A stretch of DNA of 64,000 nucleotides from a phage, in NCBI GenBank assembly GCA_011884725.1, contig GCA_011884725.1_3919.1, one strand, 5' to 3'. Positions 19,720-28,779 of this stretch are shown piece after piece (within the stretch, counting starts at the first letter, position 1; each line of letters opens with the position of its first letter). The notes beneath the pieces were generated by a model, which was not told the origin of the DNA, did no database searches, and saw nothing but the letters and a program-made list of their open reading frames with translations. The position numbers were made by a program, and so were the translations under genes.

Positions 19720-20392
19720 TGAAGTCCTGTGCCATGCTTATGACTTGCATCCTCATGAGTTAGGTCTTGATTCCTGTGTATGGACTCCAGAACAGTGCAG
19801 GGATTTTGAAGACACTGCAAGAGAAGTTGTATGTTCACTTGAAGAGTTCCACACATCAGAGCCAATTGTGAATGTTGTAGATAAAGCGACTGGACAAACT
19901 ATAGGTGTAAGGCGTGACAGCTTAGTCATAGTCAATAGAGACCTTGTAGAAAAAGGTAACCTTATCTTAGCAGACATTGATGGTGTTCTTACAAATTTTA
20001 ATCACGAAGATTACTCAACAGAATTGATTGATGGGTCATTTTCACAGTACACTAATTTGCTTGACTCTGTAAGTGCAAAGCCAACGTATGTTTTCAATAT
20101 CATTGATGCAATTGCTAATCATGCTGCCATTGGACTCTTGACAGCTAGAGGTGAATCTCAGAGAATACCTACTGAGATGTTTTTAAGGCATAACATAGAG
20201 CATGATTACATGCTTTTTATGCGTGGTTTTGGAACTAACTCTATAAGTGCAGAAAGTTTAAAAGTGAGGATGATTCAGTCTTGCATTCTTCCTTATTTTA
20301 ATATAGTATGCTTTATAGAAGATACAGAGAAGAATGTTCAGAAGGTAAACAGAATCCTTCCACACATTAAAACCATGTTAGTTAAACATTGA
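19697..20392 (+). CDS. HAD-superfamily phosphatase-like protein
   Basis: ILADIDGVLTNF matches HAD motif I (DxDGT/V). Confidence 0.45.
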   Translation: MKKLRKSDEVLCHAYDLHPHELGLDSCVWTPEQCRDFEDTAREVVCSLEEFHTSEPIVNVVDKATGQTIGVRRDSLVIVNRDLVEKGNLILADIDGVLTNFNHEDYSTELIDGSFSQYTNLLDSVSAKPTYVFNIIDAIANHAAIGLLTARGESQRIPTEMFLRHNIEHDYMLFMRGFGTNSISAESLKVRMIQSCILPYFNIVCFIEDTEKNVQKVNRILPHIKTMLVKH

Positions 20393-20403
20393 GAGAAAAA
20401 CTT

Positions 20404-20868
20404 ATGAACAATATCATTACGGTAGCACTGGACGATACGGCAAACAAATCTGAAGTAGTTCGTAAAATGATTCAAGGTAACTTTGAAGGTAAAATTTTCC
20501 GTGCTGTTAATGTAAAAGCTGATGGCAGTATTCGTGAATACCGTGCATTGTTGAATGTTAAAAAGCACGTAAAAGGTGCTGGTTCAACGACTGCACACAA
20601 AGAAAACCTGATGACTATCTATGATATGGGTAAGGCTTCAGAGTTAGGTGCTGAAGGTATCGTTAAAGAAGGTGCTCCGTATCGCTCTTTCAATCTGGAA
20701 ACTACTCTTATGCTTTCCTTTACGAGTGGTTCTAAAACAATCACTTATCTCTTTACTGATGCTGCAACGGTATCTGCTATTAAGGATAGCACTGTCAAAG
20801 CTGGCGTAGTTGCTGCTGCAAAAGCTTCTTCGATGGCTGCAAATATCCTTGCTAAAGTCCTCGGTTAA
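20404..20868 (+). CDS. hypothetical protein
   Basis: ATG 20404 (track start 20389 is a TTG); followed by terminator 20891-20911. Confidence 0.5.
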   Translation: MNNIITVALDDTANKSEVVRKMIQGNFEGKIFRAVNVKADGSIREYRALLNVKKHVKGAGSTTAHKENLMTIYDMGKASELGAEGIVKEGAPYRSFNLETTLMLSFTSGSKTITYLFTDAATVSAIKDSTVKAGVVAAAKASSMAANILAKVLG

Positions 20869-20890
20869 GGTTAAGATACAGGCTCCTTCG

Positions 20891-20911
20891 GGAGCCTTTT
20901 TCATTTCAGGA
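20891..20911 (+). terminator. rho-independent terminator GGCTCC-TTCG-GGAGCC + TTTTT
   Basis: Direct read. Confidence 0.7.
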
Positions 20912-20920
20912 GATTGTTAA

Positions 20921-21268
20921 ATGACATTTAAAGAGTTCTGTCAAGCTACTTTCATAATTGTTTTCTTAGTTGGGGCAGGTGTCTGGGGAGGATACTCTTA
21001 CAGAGACTACCAAGTTGCTGAAGCTGAGTTAAGCAATGAGAAACTAATAAGTGTTGCTAAAGATGCTTATCAGGAAGGTTTAGCCACACTGAGCACCAAT
21101 TACAAAAATGATTTGAAAGATGTGCTTGCTAAGAATAAGCATACAAAAGAGGTACTAACATATGAAAAAACTAAGCCAGAGTTTTATAATGTTTGTGTTA
21201 CTGATAATTATGTCAGGGTGTTCAACGAACAAAGTGAACAGTACATTCAAAAACTCCCAAGTAAGTGA
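20921..21268 (+). CDS. possible i-spanin (Rz-like): N-terminal TM then coiled-coil
   Basis: AGGAGA upstream; N-terminal hydrophobic segment FIIVFLVGAGVWGG then charged helical region; an embedded lipoprotein ORF overlaps its 3' end in another frame. Confidence 0.4.
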   Translation: MTFKEFCQATFIIVFLVGAGVWGGYSYRDYQVAEAELSNEKLISVAKDAYQEGLATLSTNYKNDLKDVLAKNKHTKEVLTYEKTKPEFYNVCVTDNYVRVFNEQSEQYIQKLPSK

Positions 21269-21431
21269 GAGTGACAAGTACACTCAAGAAGAGTCAAGAT
21301 TCACTGTCAAAGGTAATACTGGTAGTGATGTGGCAGCAGCCCTTGAGTTTTATCGTGATGGTTTTTACCAGTGCACAATCAAAGCTAATAACCTTATTGA
21401 TATGATTTTATTAGGAAATAAACAGCAATGA
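21162..21431 (+). CDS. possible o-spanin (Rz1-like) lipoprotein
   Basis: MKKLSQSFIMFVLLIIMSGC lipobox-like signal; starts inside the preceding ORF in a different frame (overlapped spanin architecture). Confidence 0.4.
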   Translation: MKKLSQSFIMFVLLIIMSGCSTNKVNSTFKNSQVSESDKYTQEESRFTVKGNTGSDVAAALEFYRDGFYQCTIKANNLIDMILLGNKQQ

Positions 21432-21697
21432 CAGAGAATGAAGATACTTTTTACGTAGAGGGTTACTTACTGTTACCACGACCAAAAGAAACTTATATGC
21501 GAATTGACTTCTTACCAACCATTATGGATAATGTGATGTGTCATATCTTTATGCAAGGTGTCACAGCACAGCTTAAGCACGTTGGTAAAGAGTGCAAAAT
21601 AAAGGTTGACACTCATCCAGAAATCAAAGAGAATCACTACACATGGTTCTTACCAGACTCTAAAGAAATCTTAGCAGTTCTCAAAACGAGGAAATGA
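21428..21697 (+). CDS. hypothetical protein
   Basis: ORF track. Confidence 0.45.
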   Translation: MTENEDTFYVEGYLLLPRPKETYMRIDFLPTIMDNVMCHIFMQGVTAQLKHVGKECKIKVDTHPEIKENHYTWFLPDSKEILAVLKTRK

Positions 21698-22008
21698 TTA
21701 TGCAATTCCAGCCAACAAATCGTGGATTTTCTTATGCAGAATTTAAAGATGCTAAAGGGGAAATTTGTACTTTACAAGAGAGTTCATCATATGAACCATG
21801 TATTTGGTTAGGTGCTAAAGAGGTCTCTGTTCAGTACCTAGATGGTGGCTGGAAAACACTTGATATCCCAGCATTAGTAGGCAAAGATTTTGTAGGTAAC
21901 CAAAGAATGAAACTCAACCAAGAACAGGTGAAAGAGTTATTGCCATACCTTCAGTACTTTGCTGAAAATGGTGAATTACCAACAGAGGAACTTACAAATG
22001 CAGATTAA
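21694..22008 (+). CDS. hypothetical protein
   Basis: ORF track; GAGGAA upstream. Confidence 0.5.
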   Translation: MIMQFQPTNRGFSYAEFKDAKGEICTLQESSSYEPCIWLGAKEVSVQYLDGGWKTLDIPALVGKDFVGNQRMKLNQEQVKELLPYLQYFAENGELPTEELTNAD

Positions 22009-22324
22009 TGGAAGAGACTTTGTAGCCGTTTACTACGAGAAAGATAAAGAAGTTGGCGTAGCACAAGTATCTTATGGTAATGGTAAGTGGTTGTATGGGA
22101 CAATCGCAGTAGTCGGAACAAGAAGTGATACAAAAACTTTTAAAGATTGTGTTGACCTTCTTGAAGAATCCATCCACAATCATTGGTGTCTGATATGGAT
22201 GACTGACAACGAAGTGATAGAACGCTTCAAAAAGATTGGTATCAACATTGATAGTATTGAGCATGTTGATTTATATGAGCTAACTGAGAAGGTAAACTAT
22301 GAAAGTAATACTAGCCAGAGATAA
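21998..22324 (+). CDS. hypothetical protein
   Basis: ATG 21998 with AGAGG upstream (track start 21959 is a TTG). Confidence 0.45.
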   Translation: MQINGRDFVAVYYEKDKEVGVAQVSYGNGKWLYGTIAVVGTRSDTKTFKDCVDLLEESIHNHWCLIWMTDNEVIERFKKIGINIDSIEHVDLYELTEKVNYESNTSQR

Positions 22325-22532
22325 AAAGACACGTAAGATTGTAAGTTCAGCAGTATTCAAAGGGAGACATGAAGTCGTCCCGTTTACAGGAGAAGATGTG
22401 TTAACTTACAAGAAGGTGATGAAACGTGAGTGCAGTAACCATTTCCGTGACTTCTTCTCTGAACCATTAGGAGACTTTAAAAGTCGCTGTGGTAAAGGCA
22501 TCATCACTCAAGAGGTAATTATTCATGGCTGA
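22299..22532 (+). CDS. hypothetical protein
   Basis: ORF track. Confidence 0.45.
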   Translation: MKVILARDKKTRKIVSSAVFKGRHEVVPFTGEDVLTYKKVMKRECSNHFRDFFSEPLGDFKSRCGKGIITQEVIIHG

Positions 22533-22686
22533 CTTCTGCAAAGACTGTGCTATCGAAATGTTCGGACGTGATACAGGTGACTTAAAAGGTCTTATCACTG
22601 AAGATGACTTTAAAGCTGGCTATGCAATGCCAGTAATCTGTGAAGGTTGTGGATGTATCTGGGTAGACCATGAGGGCAACGTGTAA
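22525..22686 (+). CDS. hypothetical small Cys-rich protein (53 aa, below ORF-track cutoff)
   Basis: ATG 22525; MADFCKDCAIEMFGR...VICEGCGCIW; stop 22684-22686. Confidence 0.35.
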   Translation: MADFCKDCAIEMFGRDTGDLKGLITEDDFKAGYAMPVICEGCGCIWVDHEGNV

Positions 22687-22724
22687 AACCTTCAGAAGAT
22701 AAAGAATCTTGGGAGAGATGTTAA

Positions 22725-23504
22725 ATGGGTATTGTAAAAGTTGTGAAAGGTAACTTACTAGCTGCCTTCAAAAACACAGACATTGAGTTAATTGCTCATG
22801 GTTGCAACTGCCGTAACCTCATGGGTGCTGGAATCGCTCAAAAAATTGCTAAGATTTTCCCAAAAGCTGAAGAAGCTGACCGGAAATTCCATAAAAAGTT
22901 TGGCTACAGCGCTCATGATATCGGATACCAGATGATTGGTGAGGTGTCACATGCTCGAACGGAGTATGGTTACATTTTTAACCTATATACACAGTTGGAT
23001 GTTGGGAAGTGTGCATCATACCGATACTTAGTGGAGTCACTAGAAAAACTCCGTAAATTTTGCTGGATGCACAACATTCGTAAGATTGGTTTACCCATGA
23101 TTGGTGCAGGTATCGGTGGTTTAGACGCACAAGCTGTGAAAAGCCTCATTAATAGCGTTATGTACAACGTTGATGTGTACCTATACGTCTATGATGAAGC
23201 AATGGCAACTGTAGTTACCCCTAAGTATGCCACCTCAGCACCACAATTCTATGATGGTGTCGTGCTAAGTGACGGTAAGTCTAACCATGTTACCCTCTAT
23301 CAGCTTGTTGATGGTAAGGTCGAGGCTAGTTACCCTCTGGTTAGTGAGATGGGTATGTGTAATAGTGAAATGTTCTCAATTGACCCGTTTGGTAGATACG
23401 AAGGGGTGTTCTTTGATAGCTACCCAGCAGCATACATCTACACAACAAATCAGGATGAAGTTCACTACTTGCTGTATTCTAAAAAGTTCAAATTCATAAA
23501 CTAA
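22725..23504 (+). CDS. macro-domain-like protein (possible ADP-ribose binding/processing)
   Basis: N-terminal VKGNLLAAFKNTDIELIAHGCNCRNLMGAGIAQKI resembles the macro-domain GD(I/L)...AIVNAAN...GGGV pattern; assignment is tentative. Confidence 0.4.
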   Translation: MGIVKVVKGNLLAAFKNTDIELIAHGCNCRNLMGAGIAQKIAKIFPKAEEADRKFHKKFGYSAHDIGYQMIGEVSHARTEYGYIFNLYTQLDVGKCASYRYLVESLEKLRKFCWMHNIRKIGLPMIGAGIGGLDAQAVKSLINSVMYNVDVYLYVYDEAMATVVTPKYATSAPQFYDGVVLSDGKSNHVTLYQLVDGKVEASYPLVSEMGMCNSEMFSIDPFGRYEGVFFDSYPAAYIYTTNQDEVHYLLYSKKFKFIN

Positions 23505-23537
23505 TTAGTGCTTCACAGCACCTATAATTAATCTAAG

Positions 23538-23584
23538 AAGGCCGCCTAACCCATTGAAAAATTTAAGGTAAGGCAGCCTTTTTC
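23538..23584 (+). terminator. terminator-like long hairpin AAGGCCGCCT...AGGCAGCCTT + TTT
   Basis: 10 bp arms with one mismatch, after the macro-domain gene. Confidence 0.4.
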
Positions 23585-23830
23585 ATTTTCAATTTGTGCA
23601 GGTAGCTGTATAGGTCTGCACAGGTGTCTCAAAAAATCTCATCGCCGGATAGAAAAATCATTTTCAAAACGTGCAGACTCCGCTCAGGTCGGGCAAGAAA
23701 AATCATTTTAGAATTGTGCAGGTAGGTTTTTATGGGGAGCCAGACCAACCCCTCTCCCCCTATTACTCCCCCTCTCCCCAAAAGTCAAGAGAAAAATTTG
23801 TAGCGGATTGAAAAATAATTCTTGATTTGT
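23580..23830 (+). repeat. four degenerate direct repeats (about 25 bp, ATTTT(C/A)AA...TGTGCAG core) plus CT-rich tract CCCCTCTCCCCCTATTACTCCCCCTCTCCCC
   Basis: Copies read at about 23583, 23653, 23697, 23807; only a probable antisense ORF here. Confidence 0.55.
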
Positions 23831-23932
23831 GTTCTGTTTTGTGGTAGTCGTGTGCGCACGTTTCATTACAGTTTTTCCAAAAATATTTTTAAAATTTTTC
23901 TTGACTCTTTGAACGGGGTTATCTAGTATTTG

Positions 23933-23992
23933 CATCAACGGGGAGGGAATGACCTTCCCCACTAAATAAAGTCCTAAACTGGAGATTCAAAA
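23933..23992 (+). repeat. type-A intergenic cassette: hairpin GGGGAGGGAATGACCTTCCCC plus conserved leader ...TAAAGTCCTAAACTGGAGATTCAAAA-ATG
   Basis: Direct read; hairpin 23940-23960; same cassette recurs at 25501-25552, 26352-26416, 27571-27640, 28712-28779 and degenerate at 29041-29109. Confidence 0.8.
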
Positions 23993-24376
23993 ATGGCATA
24001 CCGTGCACCTAAATTCATCAACAAAGACAACTTTCGCAACGCACTGGAGAAGTCACTTGATGAGAATTTTAAAGGTAACGTTATTGTTGTTCACTCATTT
24101 AATTTCAAGTATGATATCAATGGGAATAAAATCAACCATTACACGGCAACAATGCTAGATGGTACTCTTTCAAGTGAAAAAGCCATTTTACATGCACTTG
24201 CTGGACGTGGTAAAAACCTGATAAGATGCGATAAGAGACGTTATCAGGGTGGCGCATATGGTTACGATGATGCTGTTTATCATCTTGAAAATATGGGCTA
24301 TCAAGTAGAAAAAGCTGGAGTGTCTCAAATAATTGGTAGTGATGGTTACGTAACTATCTTCAAAATTAACAAATAA
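23993..24376 (+). CDS. hypothetical small protein (array gene 1)
   Basis: ORF track; conserved type-A cassette and GGAG-N9-ATG upstream. Confidence 0.55.
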   Translation: MAYRAPKFINKDNFRNALEKSLDENFKGNVIVVHSFNFKYDINGNKINHYTATMLDGTLSSEKAILHALAGRGKNLIRCDKRRYQGGAYGYDDAVYHLENMGYQVEKAGVSQIIGSDGYVTIFKINK

Positions 24377-24461
24377 AGTACTTTACAGGGGGCTTATAGT
24401 TCGATAAAGTAAGCCCCAGATAAAGAGCTTTACCACTAAATCCTAAATTGGAGATTCAAAA
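24377..24461 (+). repeat. type-B intergenic cassette: AAGTACTTTACA, hairpin GGGGCTTA...TAAGCCCC, then AGATAAAGAGCTTTACCACTAAATCCTAAA(C/T)TGGAGATTCAAAA-ATG
   Basis: Direct read; hairpin 24388-24417; recurs at 24757-24840, 25824-25910, 26619-26707 with variable loop sequence. Confidence 0.8.
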
Positions 24462-24752
24462 ATGGCTACTATCAAAAACGTTGTAATCCCTGTAAAAACT
24501 CGTGATGACGCTCGCATCATGGCGAAAAAGTTAGGCGGGAAAGTGGTTGACAACGGAAAACAATCTGCTGTAAGATGGGGTGTGAAGGCTGATAAACAGT
24601 TGAAGTTAAAAAATTCACCAATAAATCTTTTTACATGTGTAAACACTATCGGAAAGACAAATGTATACACGAAAAAGGCATATATTAGACGCGTAGCCTT
24701 AACATCTCCAACTCGTACAATGAGAAGTCATGCAAAGCTGAAAATTAACTGA
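24462..24752 (+). CDS. hypothetical small protein (array gene 2)
   Basis: ORF track; type-B cassette and GGAG leader upstream. Confidence 0.55.
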   Translation: MATIKNVVIPVKTRDDARIMAKKLGGKVVDNGKQSAVRWGVKADKQLKLKNSPINLFTCVNTIGKTNVYTKKAYIRRVALTSPTRTMRSHAKLKIN

Positions 24753-24840
24753 TAAAGTACTTTACAAGGGGCTTAAAAGTTGATACCTTAAGCCCCAGAT
24801 AAAGAGCTTTACCACTAAATCCTAAACTGGAGATTCAAAA

Positions 24841-25137
24841 ATGAAATTATCAAATAAAGTTCGTGAAAATCTAAGCAAATTACTCAACAAAATTGATTTC
24901 ATTGAAACATCAAGAAATAGCCATGATGTTATGGAATGGTTACACGGCAAAATAAAAGGTCGTCGTGTAGTGATTTGCTTATGGAATAGTTGCAGGGAGT
25001 ATAAAAAACCTGTATTGCAAGTCAATATCTATGATGATAATCTTAAAAGTCCTGTCAAATCTAAAAGCGATTTACTAGATTCTTATGAGATAACTGTAAA
25101 TGGCAAAGTGTCACGTAAAGAGGAAGCACCATGTTAA
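24841..25137 (+). CDS. hypothetical small protein (array gene 3)
   Basis: ORF track; type-B cassette upstream. Confidence 0.55.
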   Translation: MKLSNKVRENLSKLLNKIDFIETSRNSHDVMEWLHGKIKGRRVVICLWNSCREYKKPVLQVNIYDDNLKSPVKSKSDLLDSYEITVNGKVSRKEEAPC

Positions 25138-25463
25138 TGACTGGTATCACTGCAATCATTGCCATTTTCGCGCTCTATAAGGCATATAAAGCCTATAATC
25201 TAGCAAATAAGGCAATCACACAACAGGTTAGTAATAGCCTTGTAATGAGCTTTCTAGAGCGGTTGAGCGATGAACAATTAAAGCGGTTAGAAATGAGCTT
25301 CAGATTCAGGGCGAGAACTTATCAAATCAGCGACATTTTCAAAGATGATTTTCAATTAGTCGATGATTATAATTCTCTGATAAATGCTTTAAATATTAGT
25401 GACTTAAAAGACTATCATACTGTAATTGTTCAAGAGTTGAGCAAACGAAAACAAAACTGTTGA
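25131..25463 (+). CDS. hypothetical small membrane protein (array gene 4)
   Basis: ORF track; start overlaps upstream gene; hydrophobic N-terminus. Confidence 0.45.
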   Translation: MLMTGITAIIAIFALYKAYKAYNLANKAITQQVSNSLVMSFLERLSDEQLKRLEMSFRFRARTYQISDIFKDDFQLVDDYNSLINALNISDLKDYHTVIVQELSKRKQNC

Positions 25464-25488
25464 CACTGATTTTTAGATAGATTAAATT
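25460..25488 (+). promoter_or_regulatory. sigma70-like promoter TTGACA-17-TAAATT inside type-A cassette
   Basis: Hexamers read directly; an identical roughly 60 bp segment including this promoter recurs at 26324-26352. Confidence 0.5.
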
Positions 25489-25552
25489 ACACATCAACGG
25501 GGAGGGAATGACCTTCCCCACTAAGTAAAGTCCTTAAACTAGGAGATTCAAA

Positions 25553-25825
25553 ATGTATACTACTAACAACGGTCGCACTTTAAATGTCACTCTACGTCAC
25601 TATGTCGACGGTGTGATGCACTTTGAGGATTTACAGGCTGAGCAACATATCTTAAATTGGCAAGTCGCAGGACTCCAAAAAACTGCTACCGGATACGGCA
25701 AAAAGATTCCAACTAGCTGGAAAGTTCACTATGAAGGCCGTTTGCGCAGAATTTATCAGGATGTATGTAACAATAGCACATCAAGTTACATCATAGTAAA
25801 AGGTAAAAAACTGCATTTAGTATAA
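25553..25825 (+). CDS. hypothetical small protein (array gene 5)
   Basis: ORF track; type-A cassette with TTGACA-17-TAAATT promoter upstream. Confidence 0.55.
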   Translation: MYTTNNGRTLNVTLRHYVDGVMHFEDLQAEQHILNWQVAGLQKTATGYGKKIPTSWKVHYEGRLRRIYQDVCNNSTSSYIIVKGKKLHLV

Positions 25826-25910
25826 AGTACTTTACAGGGGGCTTATTAGTCTGTACAGTAAGCCCCAGATAAAGAGCTTTACCACTCAATCCTAAATTGG
25901 AGATTCTAAA

Positions 25911-26315
25911 ATGACTATTAATAATCGTGAGTTGTCAATCTTAAAAGCACGTTTAACCGTTAATCGAATCAATGTTATTACATCATCAGCACCGGATGAA
26001 ACATTGCACAACATTATCGGAAAGATTCAAAGCGTTATCTTAGACGTTGAAAACGTAAAAAACTCATTGGCTGACGTTGCAGCAGGTATCACGCTAGACG
26101 GTGCACAATATGAAATGGCCGACATGTTAGGCAAATCTAAGGTAATGAATAAAGAGTTAGACTTGAAAATGTTTAGATTTGCCGTGAAAGTGTGGCTATC
26201 TGTTGAGTATGATGCTAATTTTGCAATCGCTGATTTCTTTGCCACTTGGTTACAACGTAATTTGGCAAATCATGACTTTCGTGACATCTGCGACGCAATT
26301 TATGCAGAACTCTAA
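25911..26315 (+). CDS. hypothetical small protein (array gene 6)
   Basis: ORF track; type-B cassette upstream. Confidence 0.55.
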   Translation: MTINNRELSILKARLTVNRINVITSSAPDETLHNIIGKIQSVILDVENVKNSLADVAAGITLDGAQYEMADMLGKSKVMNKELDLKMFRFAVKVWLSVEYDANFAIADFFATWLQRNLANHDFRDICDAIYAEL

Positions 26316-26323
26316 AAATTTTA

Positions 26324-26352
26324 TTGACACTGATTTTTAGATAGATTAAATT
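26324..26352 (+). promoter_or_regulatory. sigma70-like promoter TTGACA-17-TAAATT (second copy)
   Basis: Same sequence as 25460-25488. Confidence 0.5.
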
Positions 26353-26416
26353 ACACATCAACGGGGAGGGAATGACCTTCCCCACTAAGTAAAGTCCTTA
26401 AACTAGGAGATTCAAA

Positions 26417-26614
26417 ATGGCTATTATCAACGGTTTAACCATTGAAACCACGCACATCAAAGACATTAAAGTTGGTGATGTAGTTCTTTCCCACGGCGTA
26501 GAAAAAACAGTCACTGCAAAGGGTATCAAAGATGATTCTTTCATGGGTAGAACTCTCTTCGGTGATTCTTATTGCTTAGGTTATCTTGCAGTTTTAAAAG
26601 TTGTCAAAAATTAA
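26417..26614 (+). CDS. hypothetical small protein (array gene 7)
   Basis: ORF track; type-A cassette with promoter upstream. Confidence 0.5.
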   Translation: MAIINGLTIETTHIKDIKVGDVVLSHGVEKTVTAKGIKDDSFMGRTLFGDSYCLGYLAVLKVVKN

Positions 26615-26707
26615 CTGATAAAGTACTTTACAAGGGGTTTATAGTTCGATAAAGTAAGCCCCAGATAAAGAGCTTTACCACTAAATCCTTAAACTAGGAG
26701 ATTCAAA

Positions 26708-27250
26708 ATGAAATGCTTTCACGGTACTACTCAAGAAAACTTTATCAACCTGATTAATAACGGTGATAAACCATCAGGTGTATGGAATTGTTCGGATATG
26801 GACGGCAATTTTTACGTGTACCCAGAAAATAAACTCTATGGTGATGATGAGGAAGAGATAGCATCGGAAGGTATCCAGCAAGCTCTAGGAAATGCCACTA
26901 TCACGGCAGCTTTTCAGATGAAAACTCAAAATATTGTTATCTTAGAACTTGACATTCCAGAGGATGAGCTAAATGATGATTATTCTTGTGATAACATGTC
27001 AAATATAGCAAGCTTTACAGAGTACTTTGATGTAAATTGGATTAAAAAGGTCTATACAACAGAGTTCAACGCTATGTATTCACCTTTTTGTCTCCCTTCA
27101 CTGGATAACCCAAATTTAAATTATCTTGATGAAACATTGGAGCTACTTGCTAAAAGTATCCAACAATCCGACAGTATTCAGGTTTTTTGTGACATCATGG
27201 ATACACTGACAGAAAACATTGTAGAGAGTGATTTAAAGGTCTTTTTCTAA
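26708..27250 (+). CDS. hypothetical acidic protein (array gene 8)
   Basis: ORF track; type-B cassette upstream. Confidence 0.55.
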   Translation: MKCFHGTTQENFINLINNGDKPSGVWNCSDMDGNFYVYPENKLYGDDEEEIASEGIQQALGNATITAAFQMKTQNIVILELDIPEDELNDDYSCDNMSNIASFTEYFDVNWIKKVYTTEFNAMYSPFCLPSLDNPNLNYLDETLELLAKSIQQSDSIQVFCDIMDTLTENIVESDLKVFF

Positions 27251-27316
27251 AAACCTATACATTCACCTTATAAACACTGATTAACCCCTTACAGGGGCTT
27301 TTAGAGGGCTTAAATC

Positions 27317-27550
27317 ATGCTTACAACCATTTATCTCATCCTTTCTATCTGTAGCGGTCATTCATGTGACTTTAAAGGGCTTGAAGAGTTTACAGGAAGT
27401 AAAGAAAATGCTATTCAGGTTTGCCAGATAGCAAGACAAGACTATCCCGCCAGTGATGATATACAATGCTACTTTAAGACAGAAGATGAAGAAGGAATCT
27501 ATTTCGACAGTGTTGATGGTCAATATGAAATTATCATTGAAAAAGACTAG
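27317..27550 (+). CDS. hypothetical small protein (array gene 9)
   Basis: ORF track; short hairpin 27285-27297 upstream. Confidence 0.45.
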   Translation: MLTTIYLILSICSGHSCDFKGLEEFTGSKENAIQVCQIARQDYPASDDIQCYFKTEDEEGIYFDSVDGQYEIIIEKD

Positions 27551-27640
27551 ACAAGCCTGATAAAAGTCTGTAAATTACACATCAACGGGGAGGGAATGAC
27601 CTTCCCCACTAAATAAAGTCCTAAACTGGAGATTCTAAAA

Positions 27641-27982
27641 ATGGCTTATGTAACCGTAATTACTGATAAAGAGAATTCATCTTGGTCAACTCAGGTTAGT
27701 GACAAGATGTCACCTATGCAGTGCCTAAAATACTTTGAGCAGTGGAATAAAGGCGAGGATGTAAGCCCATTTCAAGTGATGCAGGTTATCCATGTAGATA
27801 ACGAAGGGAATAAAACGGTTTTAAATAGTGAGTACTACGCAAGCCGTTTTGAAACTAGAAGTAAAACAATGAAGCTTTTACGTGAATCCGGTTATGCCCA
27901 TATCGCCGCGCTAATCTGGGATGACCTGCTAAAAAGTCAGCGTATCAGCTATGTAAAACCTGAAAAAATATTCATCAGTTAA
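27641..27982 (+). CDS. hypothetical small protein (array gene 10)
   Basis: ORF track; type-A cassette upstream. Confidence 0.55.
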   Translation: MAYVTVITDKENSSWSTQVSDKMSPMQCLKYFEQWNKGEDVSPFQVMQVIHVDNEGNKTVLNSEYYASRFETRSKTMKLLRESGYAHIAALIWDDLLKSQRISYVKPEKIFIS

Positions 27983-28014
27983 TCAATAACTTATAAAAAA
28001 CTTTTAAAAAAGTG

Positions 28015-28043
28015 TTGACAACACCCCTTGACAATAGTACATT
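28015..28043 (+). promoter_or_regulatory. sigma70-like promoter TTGACA-17-TACATT with A-rich upstream tract; second TTGACA 13 bp downstream
   Basis: Direct read: AAAAAAGTGTTGACAACACCCCTTGACAATAGTACATT. Confidence 0.4.
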
Positions 28044-28183
28044 TGTTCGAGGGGGTTTATCTAAAAGGGATTCACTTAAAAGATTCTTTATAGATAAACT
28101 TAAAAAATTGCTTGCAATCATCTTCCAAAAACTTTATAGTTTATCTCAAGCAATAATGCTTTCCTAAACTGGAGATTCAAAAA

Positions 28184-28714
28184 ATGAACAAGTTCAAAGC
28201 TATCAACTACATTCGCTCAAATAGTGTCATGTCTAAGCCTGTTAAGGATACCTACGAATTCCGTTGCAATGGTGAACACTTTGCTACCATCACCAAATCA
28301 AACAACGGGGCTTATTATATCCATCGTCGTAATGTTTCTACGGTTGTAGTTTCTAACTTTATGCAAGCTGTAGCGGAACTCCTCCCGCTCTTCTTAGAAA
28401 AGTATGCCGTACAGTGTGAAAGTGTTCGTGAATGCACTAAAACAGTGTTAAACGGTTATCGTATGGCTTACGAGCGCTCTTTAAAGAATCTCAATAAATA
28501 CTACAAAGCACCGGAAGGCACTTCATCCACAGCCTACGGGGTAGGGGGCTTCAATGTCAGCCTTTACGAAGTGGAAGAAATCGAGCTTTATGACCATCGC
28601 CCAAATGGTTACGCTAAGACACTGGGAGAGGGGTTAATGCTGAATATCAAGAACTTAGAAAAAACTTTAAGAGAAATTGAAAAAGATATTGACGAGACAA
28701 TCAAAAGTCTGTAA
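28184..28714 (+). CDS. hypothetical protein (array gene 11)
   Basis: ORF track; tandem TTGACA promoters at 28015-28043 and the conserved leader upstream. Confidence 0.55.
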   Translation: MNKFKAINYIRSNSVMSKPVKDTYEFRCNGEHFATITKSNNGAYYIHRRNVSTVVVSNFMQAVAELLPLFLEKYAVQCESVRECTKTVLNGYRMAYERSLKNLNKYYKAPEGTSSTAYGVGGFNVSLYEVEEIELYDHRPNGYAKTLGEGLMLNIKNLEKTLREIEKDIDETIKSL

Positions 28715-28779
28715 ATTATCAATCAACGGGGAGGGAATAACCTTCCCCACTAAGTAAAGTCCTAAACTGGAGATTCAAA

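Noticed and set aside
23708-23962. 84 aa minus-strand ORF in the repeat/CT-rich region
   Set aside because: Translation is dominated by the CT-rich tract (poly-Gly/Arg-like low complexity), the strand opposes flanking transcription, and there is no ribosome-binding site.
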